In this document: positions 1-12,799 of the stretch, in pieces
How the letters are laid out: every line of letters starts with the position of its first letter
How positions within the stretch are numbered: position 1 is the first letter of the stretch
Source of the DNA: Azolla caroliniana
Lineage: Eukaryota; Plantae; Polypodiophyta
DNA length: 64,000 nt
Assembly (NCBI GenBank): GCA_043228905.1
Contig: JBHGNT010000020.1
Location: forward strand, 9,982,001-10,046,000
Direction of reading: 5' to 3'
Notes under the pieces: model-generated
Seen by the model: only the letters and a program-made list of their open reading frames with translations
Database searches by the model: none
Told to the model about the DNA's origin: nothing
Position numbers and translations under genes: made by a program

Positions 1-359
1 TTTCTGTATACTCAAGCTCTCTCTCTCTCAGACACACACACACATACACACATCTCTTCTGTTGCAGATACTCACTCTCGGTTCTTTACATTCTTTAAAA
101 TGTCATCTAAATGAGGAGTTGCATCTTGCAATGTTCTCTCATATGTCCAAGTTAGTTAATTATTATAATTGACCTCTATTGATGCATACTCAAATATTTG
201 ATTAGAACTTTATATTGTCATCATGACATATATAATGAAATTAATTAGTTCTCAAGAGATGGTCGGCAACATGGTGTTGCCATGACATGATAAAAAATTA
301 TTGTTCTTTAAATGTCATCTAAATGAGGGGTTGCATCTTTGAATGTTCTCTCATATAAG

Positions 360-852
360 CATAGATTGACACATGCGTGATATTCGCAATATTCGAGCAT
401 AATAAATGGCCCAAGAATATTATAAAACCATTTGTTTTGCAAAATAAATTTATTAATTCAATGAAAAAAGAACAAAAAACGAACAAAAAACGAACACTTT
501 CACATCTGTTATGAAATCCACATAAAGAAAATCCAAACTAGCTTGCCTTGTTTCTTACTTCTTACTCAATTTATAATTGATACATAGATACCCATTTGGG
601 TTAGTTTGGTTACATGTGTGCTAAAAAGGTGGCACAAAGGTACACGACAACATGAAGGTAAATCATACTATTATAAAAATATTATTAGTGTCAAGTCCCC
701 TTTTTTTTTGTCAAGTAAAAATATCCATTGGGAGACTAAAAAGGAGGGAGTTTATGAACCTTTTTTTTAGCGAATACTTTTTCATACATTCGTATTCTTA
801 TTCATATGCATTCTTGGGGGAGGCCCCACGAATGCGAATATGTCAATCTATG
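360..852. mobile_element. Non-autonomous DNA transposon (hAT-like MITE) inserted in an older local repeat
   Basis: Terminal inverted repeats CATAGATTGACAcAT at 360 and ATaTGTCAATCTATG ending at 852. It interrupts a repeat unit that is intact near 97-240. The TSD is degraded. Confidence 0.5.
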
Positions 853-1129
853 TGTCCAAGTAGGTTAATTTATAATAATCGACCTCTATTGATGCATACA
901 TGAATATTTTAGCAGAACTTTAATTAATGAATTCAATGTGTTGTTAAGAGATGCTTGGCAACATGGTGTGATTATCACAAGGTACAAAATTATTGTTCTT
1001 TAAATGTCCTCGAAACGAAGGGTTGCATCTTGGAATGTTCTCTCATATAACCAAGTTAATTTATAATAAGTGGACCTTTATTGATCAACTAAAATCTTCT
1101 ACTTTGTTTGTAGACAAGGCTCACATATT

Positions 1130-1618
1130 TAGCAATGGGCACGGTTCGGTTTCAAGGCAAAGAAACCAAACCAAACCGTTTATGAACTCTCAGTATTTAA
1201 ACCAAACCATTTAAGAAAAAGTTTAAACCAAACCGTTTAGGGAAAAGTTTAAACCAAACCGAACCATTTAATAAAAAATTTAAACCTAACCACTTAAGTC
1301 AAACTAGTTAATCATCTAAAGAAACAAAAATACATTAAATTAAATAAGCATTTAAGTTAAATTTATTAAATCAATAAAAAACCATTAATTAAACCATTAC
1401 ATCAATAAACTATTAAGGTAAAAAAAAAATTAACCAAAAACCTATAAACCTTTAAACCAAACTTGTAAAACTATAAACCTGAGTTTTAGAACCGAAACCA
1501 AACCGTTTATTGAGAATCCAAACCAAACCAAACCACTAATTTTTTTTGGAACCAATAAACCGTTAAACCATGGCTTAATGATTCGGTTCGGTTTGAGCCG
1601 AAACCGTGCCCATTGCTA
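1130..1618. mobile_element. hAT-superfamily MITE
   Basis: 17-bp TIR TAGCAATGGGCACGGTT, perfect 8-bp TSD CACATATT (1122-1129 and 1619-1626), and many subterminal AAACC(G/A) motifs. Confidence 0.9.
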
Positions 1619-2700
1619 CACATATTCATGTATGATCCTTGTCATGTCCGAAGGGGGGTGTCTTTGTTAGATGTTGCATCATGGATGCCTCACCAAATGG
1701 GTAAAATGTTAACTCCAATAATGTTTGAGGTAGGATGACAATGATGACAAACTAATAAGGGCACAAGAGTGGCATGTCCAACCACAAACATGGTCTACGA
1801 GTTGGATATTGATCATAAAATGTTACTCTTGGAAGCATGTGTACTAATTACTAACTAGGAATGAGGCCCCACCTCTTTTAATGAGGTTTCGCACGCTTAT
1901 CGTATGTGGGTTCAGATTTGTCGAGGCTTTTCCAACTGGGGGCATAAGAGTACATAGCTACACACCCAAACAAAACAACGATTCATTGTTGTTAAAGGAA
2001 TGGCTTGTGACATAAGGCCACTCACTAGCTACAATGGTGGTAAAAGCCCGAAGGGGGGGGGGGGGGGGGTGAGGTGACAAACTACCACTCTACATATACA
2101 TGGGTGCAAATGGACGAAGGATAAGGAAATGGGCATATTGTCGATCGATGTATGCGGAAATATATGTTGTAAAGTGGCTGGCAAGAGGGTGACTGGCCAA
2201 AAGAGAAGCCCGGGCCGGACGAAATAAACCACATTTGGGTCCTAAAGAATGCATGGTCATGTAGGCAGCCGGGCAGCCCGCCCCGATGAGTTCAGATGGG
2301 CAGGGTGTCCATAGAGGGGGGTGGGTCCATATACATAGTGAAAACAGATGGGCCACTGCAGGAAGGGATACATAGAAGAACCCAATAGATAAGAAAGAAG
2401 ACAATTGATTGCTGCCTTTGCAAAGACCCACCAAAAGAAAGCAGGTGACAAAGATTTATGAGCTTACATTACATTATGGCCCCACCCCAATTACAGAGCT
2501 CTACAGCCTTTTCTTTGAGGTTCCAAGCAGCCCAAGGTTATGATGATGGTTATGGTGATGGTGGTGGTGGTGGTGATACACTAACCATCTCATCTAATCT
2601 CACAGTTCTCTTCATAAATCCAGATATCTATCTATTGAATGCAATAATCTATCTATTAATCTCACAAGAAAAATCTATCTATCCATTTATATACATATAA

Positions 2701-5700
2701 ATGGTCAATATTCTTCCTCTTCTTCTTCTTCTTCTTCTGATTTTGGGATCCTTATTGTGTCTTCACAATCATAGAGGCGTTGATGCTACGACCAAGAAGG
2801 AGAAGCTTTCATGGCCCTGCATAACTTCTTCTTCTTCTTCTTCTTCTTCTATTGGCCATCATGATCAGATATGGAGTTTCAAACTTGTTGATGGGTTTAA
2901 AAAGGAATGCAATAATTCTCAACGTGGATGCTTTGATGCTGATGACTGTGATTATGTGAAAAGGACTGTGTTTCACATTGTGACGGTTGATTGCTATGGA
3001 GCAATCGGTGATGGATTAACAGATGATACTAAGGTATGTGTGGATCTTATCATTTATGTTGAAAAGGAATCACTTTTATTCTTTTTGCTTAACATTTGAT
3101 GGTTGAAATTATCATCATCATCATCATCATCAAACATTACAAACAATGAAATGCTGAATAAAGCATCAGGGTTGGCCATTCTTGTGATTAAAGTTGGAAT
3201 TTCGGGAGCTAGCGTAAACAATTATAAAACAAAATATTGGCTTCCTCTTTGTGAAGATAAATGTCACTGAGTTTATTTCCTCACGTACCACTATGCTTTC
3301 CTTATTCCTCTGAAAGAGCAATCCCCCGCCTTCTTTTTCTCAATGCTATTTGAGCCATTATGTAGTCAAATTCATCCCTTGGGTTTTATCTTTTCAGAGA
3401 CGCTCCCTAAAACAAATGTCAGAATCTTTATTCCTTTTCGAGGATAAATGGTATAGTTACCAATGCACTCTGTGTGATTATGAGTGTGTCTGAGCTAATG
3501 CGATGGCTCCCATATTGTGGCCAAGATATGTTGGACAATTTTATAGTATACTTTTCACCTTGTGGTTAATTAGAAGCAGGGAAGAACTTGGGTGAATGTA
3601 TTCATCATTTTGCCCTTCCGTTTTTAAAATCAGTGCTCTTGAAAGATTAGAAGCAGGGAAGAACTTGGGTGAATGTATTCATCATATTGCCCTTCCGTTT
3701 CTAAAATCAGTGCTCTTGAAAGATTACAGAGTTACAAGTATTTTAAGAAATATTATCTATTCATACTATTGACGTAAAGCAGCTAAGTAGGGGTTTACTA
3801 TTATTGGCCAAAAATATTTTTATGATTTGATGTTTCTGAAAGATCGTGCATGATTTACCAACATTTTTTGGATTTAGAATGTAATATTGGTCGGAAAACA
3901 ATGTGAGGGATCCCTTTAACACATAGGAAAGATGTCTAAAATTTCATGTGAATATATATGTTAATGCATTATTGTGCATGTATATACACAGACTCTAAGG
4001 TTCATGGGTATGAATATATATGGGTTGCAAACGAGATCATTAATTTATATGAAACTTTCAGGCATTTCAAGAGGCGTGGAAGGATGCATGTGCCCTGGAT
4101 TCTGCACTTCTGATGATCCCCAAGGGTAAAACATACCTTGTCGGGCCGCTCAACTTCAAAGGTCCGTGCCGGAACAATCTTGCGGTTCAGGTGGGCAGAT
4201 ACATAAATGACCTTGTAGAGGAATATGACAATGACTGTAAGACATTAAATCTGGCTCAACTATCTTGATTCCATTACTATGTCGATAATCAAAATAAGCA
4301 ACTACAATGGTACTTATGGATGTAAAGGGTTCAGCCCTTGGTTCAGCTATCTTGGTCCCATATGCATAAGGGCATTTACTATGATATAAAAAAATGGCTC
4401 AACTATCATGGATTAAACATATTAATAAAGGCATAAGTTACCATTGCATAAAAATTATCCCAACTATCTTCTGCCCATATTTATATGGATACTTAGGATG
4501 ATATATTCATAACTAGAACTAGTGTCAAATTACCTGGCATATTCATAGGGACGTACATACATTTTATATAAAATAACTGGTTTATAGCTTTTAGAAGAGC
4601 TTGATAGTATGGTACAATTTTCAAGGAACACAGTTTTCAATTCATCTTGCAGTTTGCCGGCACTTTGATTGCACCATCGGATCCTAAGAAATGGAATGTG
4701 TCGGACTCAAATGCCTGGATTTACTTCAATAATCTGAATAATCTCACAGTTGAAGGATGGGGAAAGCTAGATGGACAGGGTCAACAATGGTGGGAACAAT
4801 CTTGTAAACGGGACAGAACAAGTGTAAACATTTTATCTTCTCTGCACATGTTATTGAGTGTCTATATGTTTGTTTTTGTTTTTTGTTTTGTTTGGGGGGG
4901 TGGGGGTGGGGGGATTATTATAAATCAATCTGGTATTCATTATGTGCATACACATAACCTTGACTAGGATTCAGTACATTATTAAAGTCAGAGATGTGAA
5001 TGGCATTACTGGATGTCCGTGGTACTCCATTGCTATGGTCTGGTCACTAGGCCTATGATTTATGGATAGATGAAATGGCTAGATATCCTTTTGTCCCTGT
5101 TCCTTTGGTTTTCATTCATCATTCTTTGTAGTGCTCTTGTCTACACATCTTTAACCCAAGATACATGCTAGGCATCACTAGGTGTAGAATGGGATGCCCC
5201 TTATGCACTATGGTTTATGGATAGATGAAATAGCTAGATATCCTTTTGTTCTTGCCCCTCTGGCCTTCAGTCATCATTCTCCGTGATGCTCTTGCAACAC
5301 ATCCCTACCCAAGATACATGCTAGGCATCCTAGGTCTAGAATGGATGCCCCTTAATGCCCTAATGAACCGATAAACCCCTGCTCAAGAGGTTATGGTTAT
5401 GTGGATAGACGAACCTGATATATTATTTAGACCATGATCCTAATATCGTTATTTTGAATGAAGTGTATGTGTATATTAATCCATTCATTCAGTAATCCAC
5501 ACTAACCACAAATTTTCTTTCTGGTTGTGCAGCTATGTGTCGACGCGCCCACTGTAAGTATTGTAGAGATCTTTTATGGGTATGTCTTTGTAACATGTTC
5601 AAAATGGTCAAGGCTGCTTTTACATATTGTTGTAAAAAATATGAATGGAACCAAAAGGGGATATTTGCCCCTCACCATATATCATGCAATGATCCATTCC

Positions 5701-7742
5701 ATAATTCTGCAGTGAAATGGAATATCATGTAATATTAACATTTGCAACAGGCCTCAATGATCTCTGAGACCAAAATTATAACCATCACCTGAAACATGAT
5801 ACAAATGTCAGATAAAAGGGCTGAAAGGATATAATAACAAGAAGCTAGAGCTGGGGAACAAGTATTCAATTGTAAATGTATTGAGAATACTACCTAGCCT
5901 GATATATCTAGAAATCATGAGAATATTACCTAGCCTGATATATTTAGAAATCATGAGAATACTACCTAGCCTGATATATTTAGAAATCATGGTTAACGGT
6001 TGTTGGCATGTTAAGACATCATTGGCATGTGTATAATCACTATTTCTACTTCGTCCTTTCTAGAAGTGGCTTCTCGATAATTTTCTCTTTTTCTTTTCTT
6101 GTAGGCCTTGAGGTTTAATGCTGTTCACAACTTGAGGGTACAGAACCTAGAAATTGTGAACAGCCCACAGATCCATGTGAAATTCTCAGAATGCAGTGGT
6201 GTTCAAGTCATGAATATGCAAGTAAATGCACCAGAGGACAGTCCTAATACCGATGGAATTCATATTTCTGAGACACAGAATGTTCTCATCCAGGATACAC
6301 AGATAGGATGTGGTACATTTTTATGATTTTTAATAGTAGAAGAGTTTGTGTAGCCCAGTGATTCCAATATTTCAAGTATATCATTAATTTAATCCTAAAT
6401 TAATGGAGTCATTTAGGCAACATATAGGCCAATTAACATCACAGTTGATAATTTGGCAATTTTATGTGACATATAAACTAATCTAAAAAATGTTTTAAAA
6501 ATAGTTTAAATTATTGTATATGGCATATATAAACTAATCTATAAAATGTTTTAAAAATAGTTTAAATTATTGTATATGGCATATATAAACTAATCTATAA
6601 AATGGTTTAAAAATAGTTTAAATTATTGTATATGGCATATATAAACTAATCTATAAAATGTTTTAAAAATAGTTTAAATTATTGTATACGGCATATTATT
6701 AGATCTTAATTACTAGATTTTAAATATATCACACTAGACAGATATTAAAAATCTTGTACTTGAGATATATTAGAAACAATGTCTTGAAACCCATTCCCAA
6801 ATCAGTGAGATTTTCCCAAATGATCCAAAACTTTCTAATTAGCTTGTGGATGGCCATTTGGTAGGCAACAACACAATCTGGATATTGTGGACATCGAACT
6901 AGGGTTAACTGGTGCAATGGGGTAGAAAACCTTATATATACCAACCCTAGGTCCAGACTATGGCCAAGCAAAAGGCAATCCATGAGATAGTGGGGTCTAT
7001 CCCTTGCTCCATTTGTATATATGATTGCTTCCACAGATACTAGTGACATTGGGTTCTTGGCCTATAAACCACTGGTTTGGAGTTCAACTCTAGCAAATGG
7101 AAAACATGCCCCATTAAGCATGAGAAAAAAAAACTGAATTAAACATAGATGTGTGCAGGTGATGATTGTGTGTCAATAGTGAATGATTCCTCTAATATTG
7201 GAATTCACAAAATTGTATGTGGACCTGGCCATGGAATCAGGTATTTTTAATGTTATGCTTTCCTAGTTGTGATTTTAGGAAATTATATGGGAATATCTAC
7301 TTGGCTCAGCCATTTTTGTTCATGCTGGAATTCTGCAGCATCGGTAGCCTCGGAAGATACGGAAGAGAAGAACATGTATCGTGCGTCTCTGTCGATGAAG
7401 CTATACTGACCAACACTAGTTATGGCCTTCGCATTAAAACATGGACTGTAAGGTTCTTTCAAAGCCATATATGTTATGGGTTCAATCCCGGGCCTTGCCC
7501 CTTCATTGATCGCCTCAAGTGGCTATCCATCCCTGATGGTAGCAAAAGATTAAAGCATATGTTTTGGGAAGGCCCTTTTTTATGTTGAAGCAGGCTGATT
7601 ATTCCTTCATTCTTAACGCTAACGCAGGGTGGAAAGGGATCAGTTACCTATGTTCGATTTCAAAACGTACAAATGTACAATGTATCGCACCCTATACTCA
7701 TCAATCAAAACTACTACGATTCATCGGCATGTTATTTGAATG

Positions 7743-7816
<74 letters not shown>

Positions 7817-10800
7817 TTTAGGGTTTTGTTTCTGTTGCATTTTTTAAGGTTTTGTTTTTGGTTCATGTTTAGGGTACCATTTCCTGTCGAATTTTTTCTT
7901 TTTTAAGCTTTCGTTTTGGCTGGGTTTCGTTCATGTTCATGTTCATGTTGCAATCTTAGGGTTCCCTTTCGACTACATTTTATGGGGGTGTTTCTTTTTG
8001 CTCTGTTTCTAGGGTTTTTGTGTTGTGTTGTAGAAGCCTTTTTCTCTCTTGTAATTAACTGACCCTAGCGGCAAGTTGTTAAGACTACCAAAGCAAGGCC
8101 TTGGGTTCAAGGCTGGACTCTCACACCTCCTTATTACACCACCATATAGTTTGTTTCCTTAATTTACTAGATGCCATTGTGGTTCGTAGGGCAAGGAAGC
8201 GGCAACCCCAGTCACAAAACCCTAAAGAGCAGGAAAAAACCCCACTAGAGCTCTCTCTCTCTCCTCTCATATTACAATTGCTGAATGAAGTAAGGAGAAT
8301 TGCTTTCCTTAGAAAGCAAATCATATTATTGGGGTTGGATTGCCCCCCCTATATCTTCCTTGATGATGACTCAATGAAGAATACGACAAAAAATGATGTA
8401 TGTTGCAGATCATGCATGCTCCTCAAAAAGCAAACATATTATCGGGGTTGGATTGCCCCCCTATATCTTCCTTGATGATGACTCGATGAAGAATACAACG
8501 AAAAATTATGTATGTCGCAGATCATACAAGCATGCAAGGAAAGAAAAGGTTGTTTCATTGTGATGGTAACATCATTCTCAACGGCAAGGCCATCAAACAG
8601 GCATTAGCAGCCTATTATAAATTAGAATCATGGTGACACATTATAGTTGGAATTGCAATGGCGCACTGTGGACACACCCATGAAGAGGGGAAGGTTACTT
8701 GGTTGGACGAGACATGATCCTCACTACATAGATTCGTCATAGAGTAGAGAAATGTCTTTCTTGAGTGGAGGGCCTTCAATGGAAGTCTATGAACAAGCAC
8801 ACTACTACATAAAGTACATGAGGGTTAATTGGATCTCACTTCTCTTCTAATGAACCTTACATTAAGGCCTACAAGTAGTGGAGTGGGATGTGCAGGTGAT
8901 ACATGTTGATCTGACTTGAGCTCTCAGAGACACGAGTCTTATTCATTGCATTATTTTATTTCCCTCCTTATGTATCAAGATATGCAAAAGCAAATGATGA
9001 TAATCATGTGAGGGACACAAAGAAACTAAATTGCCTTACGATGTCCTATTGGGTGCCCAAGTGTAGGCAAAGTATTCCTTACATGTGACTTCAACACCAG
9101 GAAGCCAAATAGACAAGGTGATCCATATGATTTGGAAGACCTAGAGTAGGATCTCAGCCAACTCAAGACCAGACAGCACAAGATATGGAAAACATCTATT
9201 AGGGCTAGTGTCTTGACACTACCTAGTTGTTCATGACAAGGTGAACCCATGGCTAGATTCTAGTGGCCTTACCTGTTTTCCACGAGGAGGTGTGGGAGCA
9301 TAGTTGATTATGTCCTCAGGACAAGGGATGCCACCCAAACTATCAAAACCTTCATCATCCCAAATCCCCTAATCAATGCCGACCACACTTATCTTCTCAT
9401 AACCTTCACCAGTAACACACTATTACCATCACCTTTAATCTTGTCACCAAGCTCGTTCCCATGGACAATCATCCCCTTTACCCATGAACCAACAGAAACT
9501 TATAGCCAACATGATAGGGACTCCACCTAGATCCGCAAAGACTTGGCCACTACGAACCCATGTATAAGAGAACCTTGAACCCAATGCAGGATCCTCAACT
9601 CTTGTATCATGTACTTATCAACCCTGCATACCACAACCATCAAATTCTTTGGGGAAGCAAGAGGATATTGTGGAGTTAATCCCATTGGAGCAAAGAATGA
9701 AGTATGTGGACATTTACATGCTTCATATTGCTTGTAAAGCAAGAGGTTAACTCAGAGTTTCATCCCACCAACTAGAGATTGAAGCAAAATGAGCACTTCC
9801 TATATCTAGAGCTAAAATATTTTGCAAATATGCTAATGCCAATAGAGGCCACAAGTATTGGGAGTACTAGGCACATGAGGCATACCATCACCAGCTCATT
9901 GAGATCATTGTTCACCATGTGCAAATTGCACGAGGACGCTCAGATGCACTTGGTGAACGTCATTATAGCCTCGATCCAAAGCACCAGCCAACCTTCGATA
10001 CAATGTCCCCTCACCACTACTCAATCCTTATGTATTAGTTATGCTCTTTACGCTTATAAACCATATCCAAAATCATGCATTAAGATCTTTAGGAAACCTA
10101 GAGTTTTTATTTTTGTTTCAGAATGGATATCATGAATTCACCCATATTTGTAATCATGATTTGTCTCATTGGCAGGTTTGGTCCTTGCGTAGACATTAGC
10201 AATATATCATCATTGCTTTCAATCTTTTGTAATGGATATTGTATTAATTCAATACGATAAAACCTCAAAGTGAGGTGAAAATTTACAAAGACCATTCTTC
10301 ATATCACACCCTTCTTTTTAGCAATGCATTATATTATCAGTCAAGAACCTCAAAAGTAAGGTGAAACCTGTACTCAATAATGGAATGATGATGTAAAAGT
10401 ACATTCTTGTCTGGCTACGTGGAATGTTCCACAAGCAAAACAAGTTACTCCTGAAAGGAATAGGTGAATCCCAAAGATTTTGTATAAATCCAAGGATGGT
10501 TTTCCTGTGTGATCATTTCCCCACATGTCAAGATTCATGTTTGACAATAATGCACTCATATTCCAATTATGTAAAAGACATTAATTGCAGTCATCATAAA
10601 TTATCCGTGCTAGGCCCAACTCAAACATCTCATCATTATATAAAATAAGTGTGTCTGTATTCTGGCAGGAAACGGCAGTGGAAGTGAGTTGGGTTTGTTA
10701 CAAAAACATATCGGGAACCTCAGCAACTAAGGAAGCAATTAAGTTGGCATGCAACAATATAGCTCCTTGCAAGAATCTTCAATTTGAGAACATAGAGTTA

Positions 10801-10935
10801 CTTCATGTGAATAAAAAAAGAATAAACTCGTTTTGTGAAAATGCACAAGCATTTACTAGGGGTACTGTCATCCCTTCTATTGATTGTCCAGAACTATCAA
10901 TTGGGACTCCTCCCGTGCTGCATTCCATTTTATAA
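2701..10935 (+). CDS. Polygalacturonase (glycoside hydrolase family 28), 9 exons: 2701-3033, 4062-4190, 4653-4823, 5533-5553, 6105-6312, 7159-7240, 7339-7447, 7628-7744, 10669-10935
   Basis: Hydrophobic signal peptide, [16 protein letters not shown]-terminal motif, and all four GH28 motifs (SPNTDG, GDDC, CGPGHGISIGSLG, RIKTW). Exon phases are consistent across GT-AG introns. Confidence 0.93.
3569..3726. repeat. Tandem duplication, 2 x ~77 bp, in polygalacturonase intron 1
   Basis: ATTAGAAGCAGGGAAGAACTTGGG... occurs at 3569 and 3646. Confidence 0.85.
5880..5990. repeat. Minisatellite, ~3 x 36 bp
   Basis: TGAGAATACTACCTAGCCTGATATAT(C/T)TAGAAATCA repeated. Confidence 0.85.
6468..6695. repeat. 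Minisatellite, ~4 x 59 bp
   Basis: CATATATAAACTAATCTATAAAATGTTTTAAAAATAGTTTAAATTATTGTATATGG repeated. Confidence 0.85.
10417..10520 (-). pseudogene. psbB: Plastid-derived psbB (CP47) fragment in polygalacturonase intron 8
   Basis: Minus-strand translation [33 protein letters not shown] closely resembles CP47 as I recall it ([34 protein letters not shown]). Confidence 0.8.
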
Positions 10936-12799
10936 GAATCTTCAAATTGGGAATGTAAGCTACTTCATCTGAATAAAAAGATGAATAAACTAGCACAAAA
11001 TACACAGATTTACTAGGGGCACTGTCATCCCATTGATTGATTACCTACAAGTTTACAACTATCACTCGAGACTCATTGTATGCTCTACTCCATTTTGTAT
11101 TATTTCATTAATTCTATTACAAGCTCTGCATTCATTATTACATCAGGGAGGCTCATTATATGCTCTACTCCATTTTGTATTATTTCCATTAATTCTATTA
11201 CAAGCGCTCCATTCATATTATTACATCAGGAAGTAAAACGGCGTTATGATGTATATTTGTTTTTGAAATAACTTAAATCTTCAATTTTTTTTGTATCTAT
11301 TATCATTCCCTTGTAGATATGATATTTTTGACAAAGAGGTGTTTTGGTTCTGTATTTATTTTGCTCTATGGTTCTATGCTTGTTTGAGACCTCTTTTTGC
11401 AACAAAGGCTTTTCAAATGTTTTGGTACTTATGATATCTCCGATTACTATTCCATTTCCATTTTTCAAGACTTCCAATCAAAAGAACTCCTAGCATTGAG
11501 AGGGATGAATCAAAAGTACATACCACTTTAGATAACAACCCTCAATTACATTTGAAATGCTATAGAGAGAGAGCCTTGTTTGTAATAATAACTCCATTAA
11601 TTCAAGTCTTCATTTATATACCTAAAGTGTATGTTGAATGTTTGCTTGTTGCATGTTGGGGATACTATTGTGAAATGCACATAAGAGATCAAAACCAACC
11701 TACTTAGCTTCTTACTTCTTGCTCAATTTATAGTTAATACAAACGTACCCATTTGGGTTGGCTTAGCTAAAAAGGGTGTGCTAAAAGGGTGGCACAAAAG
11801 AACACATGCACACCACATTTCTCCCCTGAGAGAAACAAGAGACGAAGGAGCAGGAACAGGAATAGGAGCAATGGCTTGTCACAAGAACATTGTTATGTAC
11901 ACATAATGTAGGTAAAGGTAGGTCACTAATATTTACATAAGTCAAGGGTATTTTCACTAATGTTTAAAAGGGAACTAATGTGATTGGATAGAAGGAATGA
12001 TCGGTGCATGCACTATCATGATTTGGACAACCAATGAATGGAGAGCCTTTTAGTAAGGCACATCTATTCAAGGGGCGTAGGAAAAGGTATAAATATGAGG
12101 AATAGCTACCCTCATAAACACATTACGTCGGAAGGCTGTTGTCTTAGACACTGGTGGTGCAAGCTAGGCTTTCGTCACGATGGTCGTGTTTATCTCTTCC
12201 AAGGTATTAGTCATCCTAATATTTGGCGGTATGGGACGTGGTGGTAGGTTGGCTATGTCTAGATCATAGCTCGGGTCGGGTGGAACGGGTGTCATGATAT
12301 GGCAAGACTCGAACCCATGACCTTATGGTATATGGGTCGAGCTCTTAACCATCACACCATCTATTGTAATTCATAGGATATTATTTTCATTTATGCTTTA
12401 TTATAAGAAAGTAATGTATATTCCAGATTTCTCTGGAACATTCTAGAAGTTTCAGGATTACTCCTGAGAACACTATAAAAGAAGACATTAGGCATTATGT
12501 TGAACCAAATTGGTTCAACGCCAGTCTTAAGCCTCTTAGCCACTTTGTACTTATCTTTCGCATAATATATTAGCTGTTGTCATCATCTTTCTCTCTCTCT
12601 CATTCTCGCTATCTCTCTCTCTCTCCTCTTCTCACTTCCTCTCTCGGGAATCTTACGCAGTCCCATCCTCTTAGTACTAATAGTACTTCTCTTCTCTAGT
12701 ACTAATTCTCTCTCTGTTTAGTACTATTCCTAACAGTTTGAACCAATTTGCGTTCCTCAAGTCTACTTGTCGTTTTCCCTCCTATCCTTTTTCTATACT

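Noticed and set aside
1140-1610. AAACC arrays as telomere-like or CRISPR-like repeats
   Set aside because: Spacing is irregular and they lie inside a TIR/TSD-bounded hAT MITE, so they are subterminal motifs.
8000-10100. Possible LINE or other retroelement relic in polygalacturonase intron 8
   Set aside because: The composition suggests a decayed element, but I found no diagnostic motif, termini or TSD.
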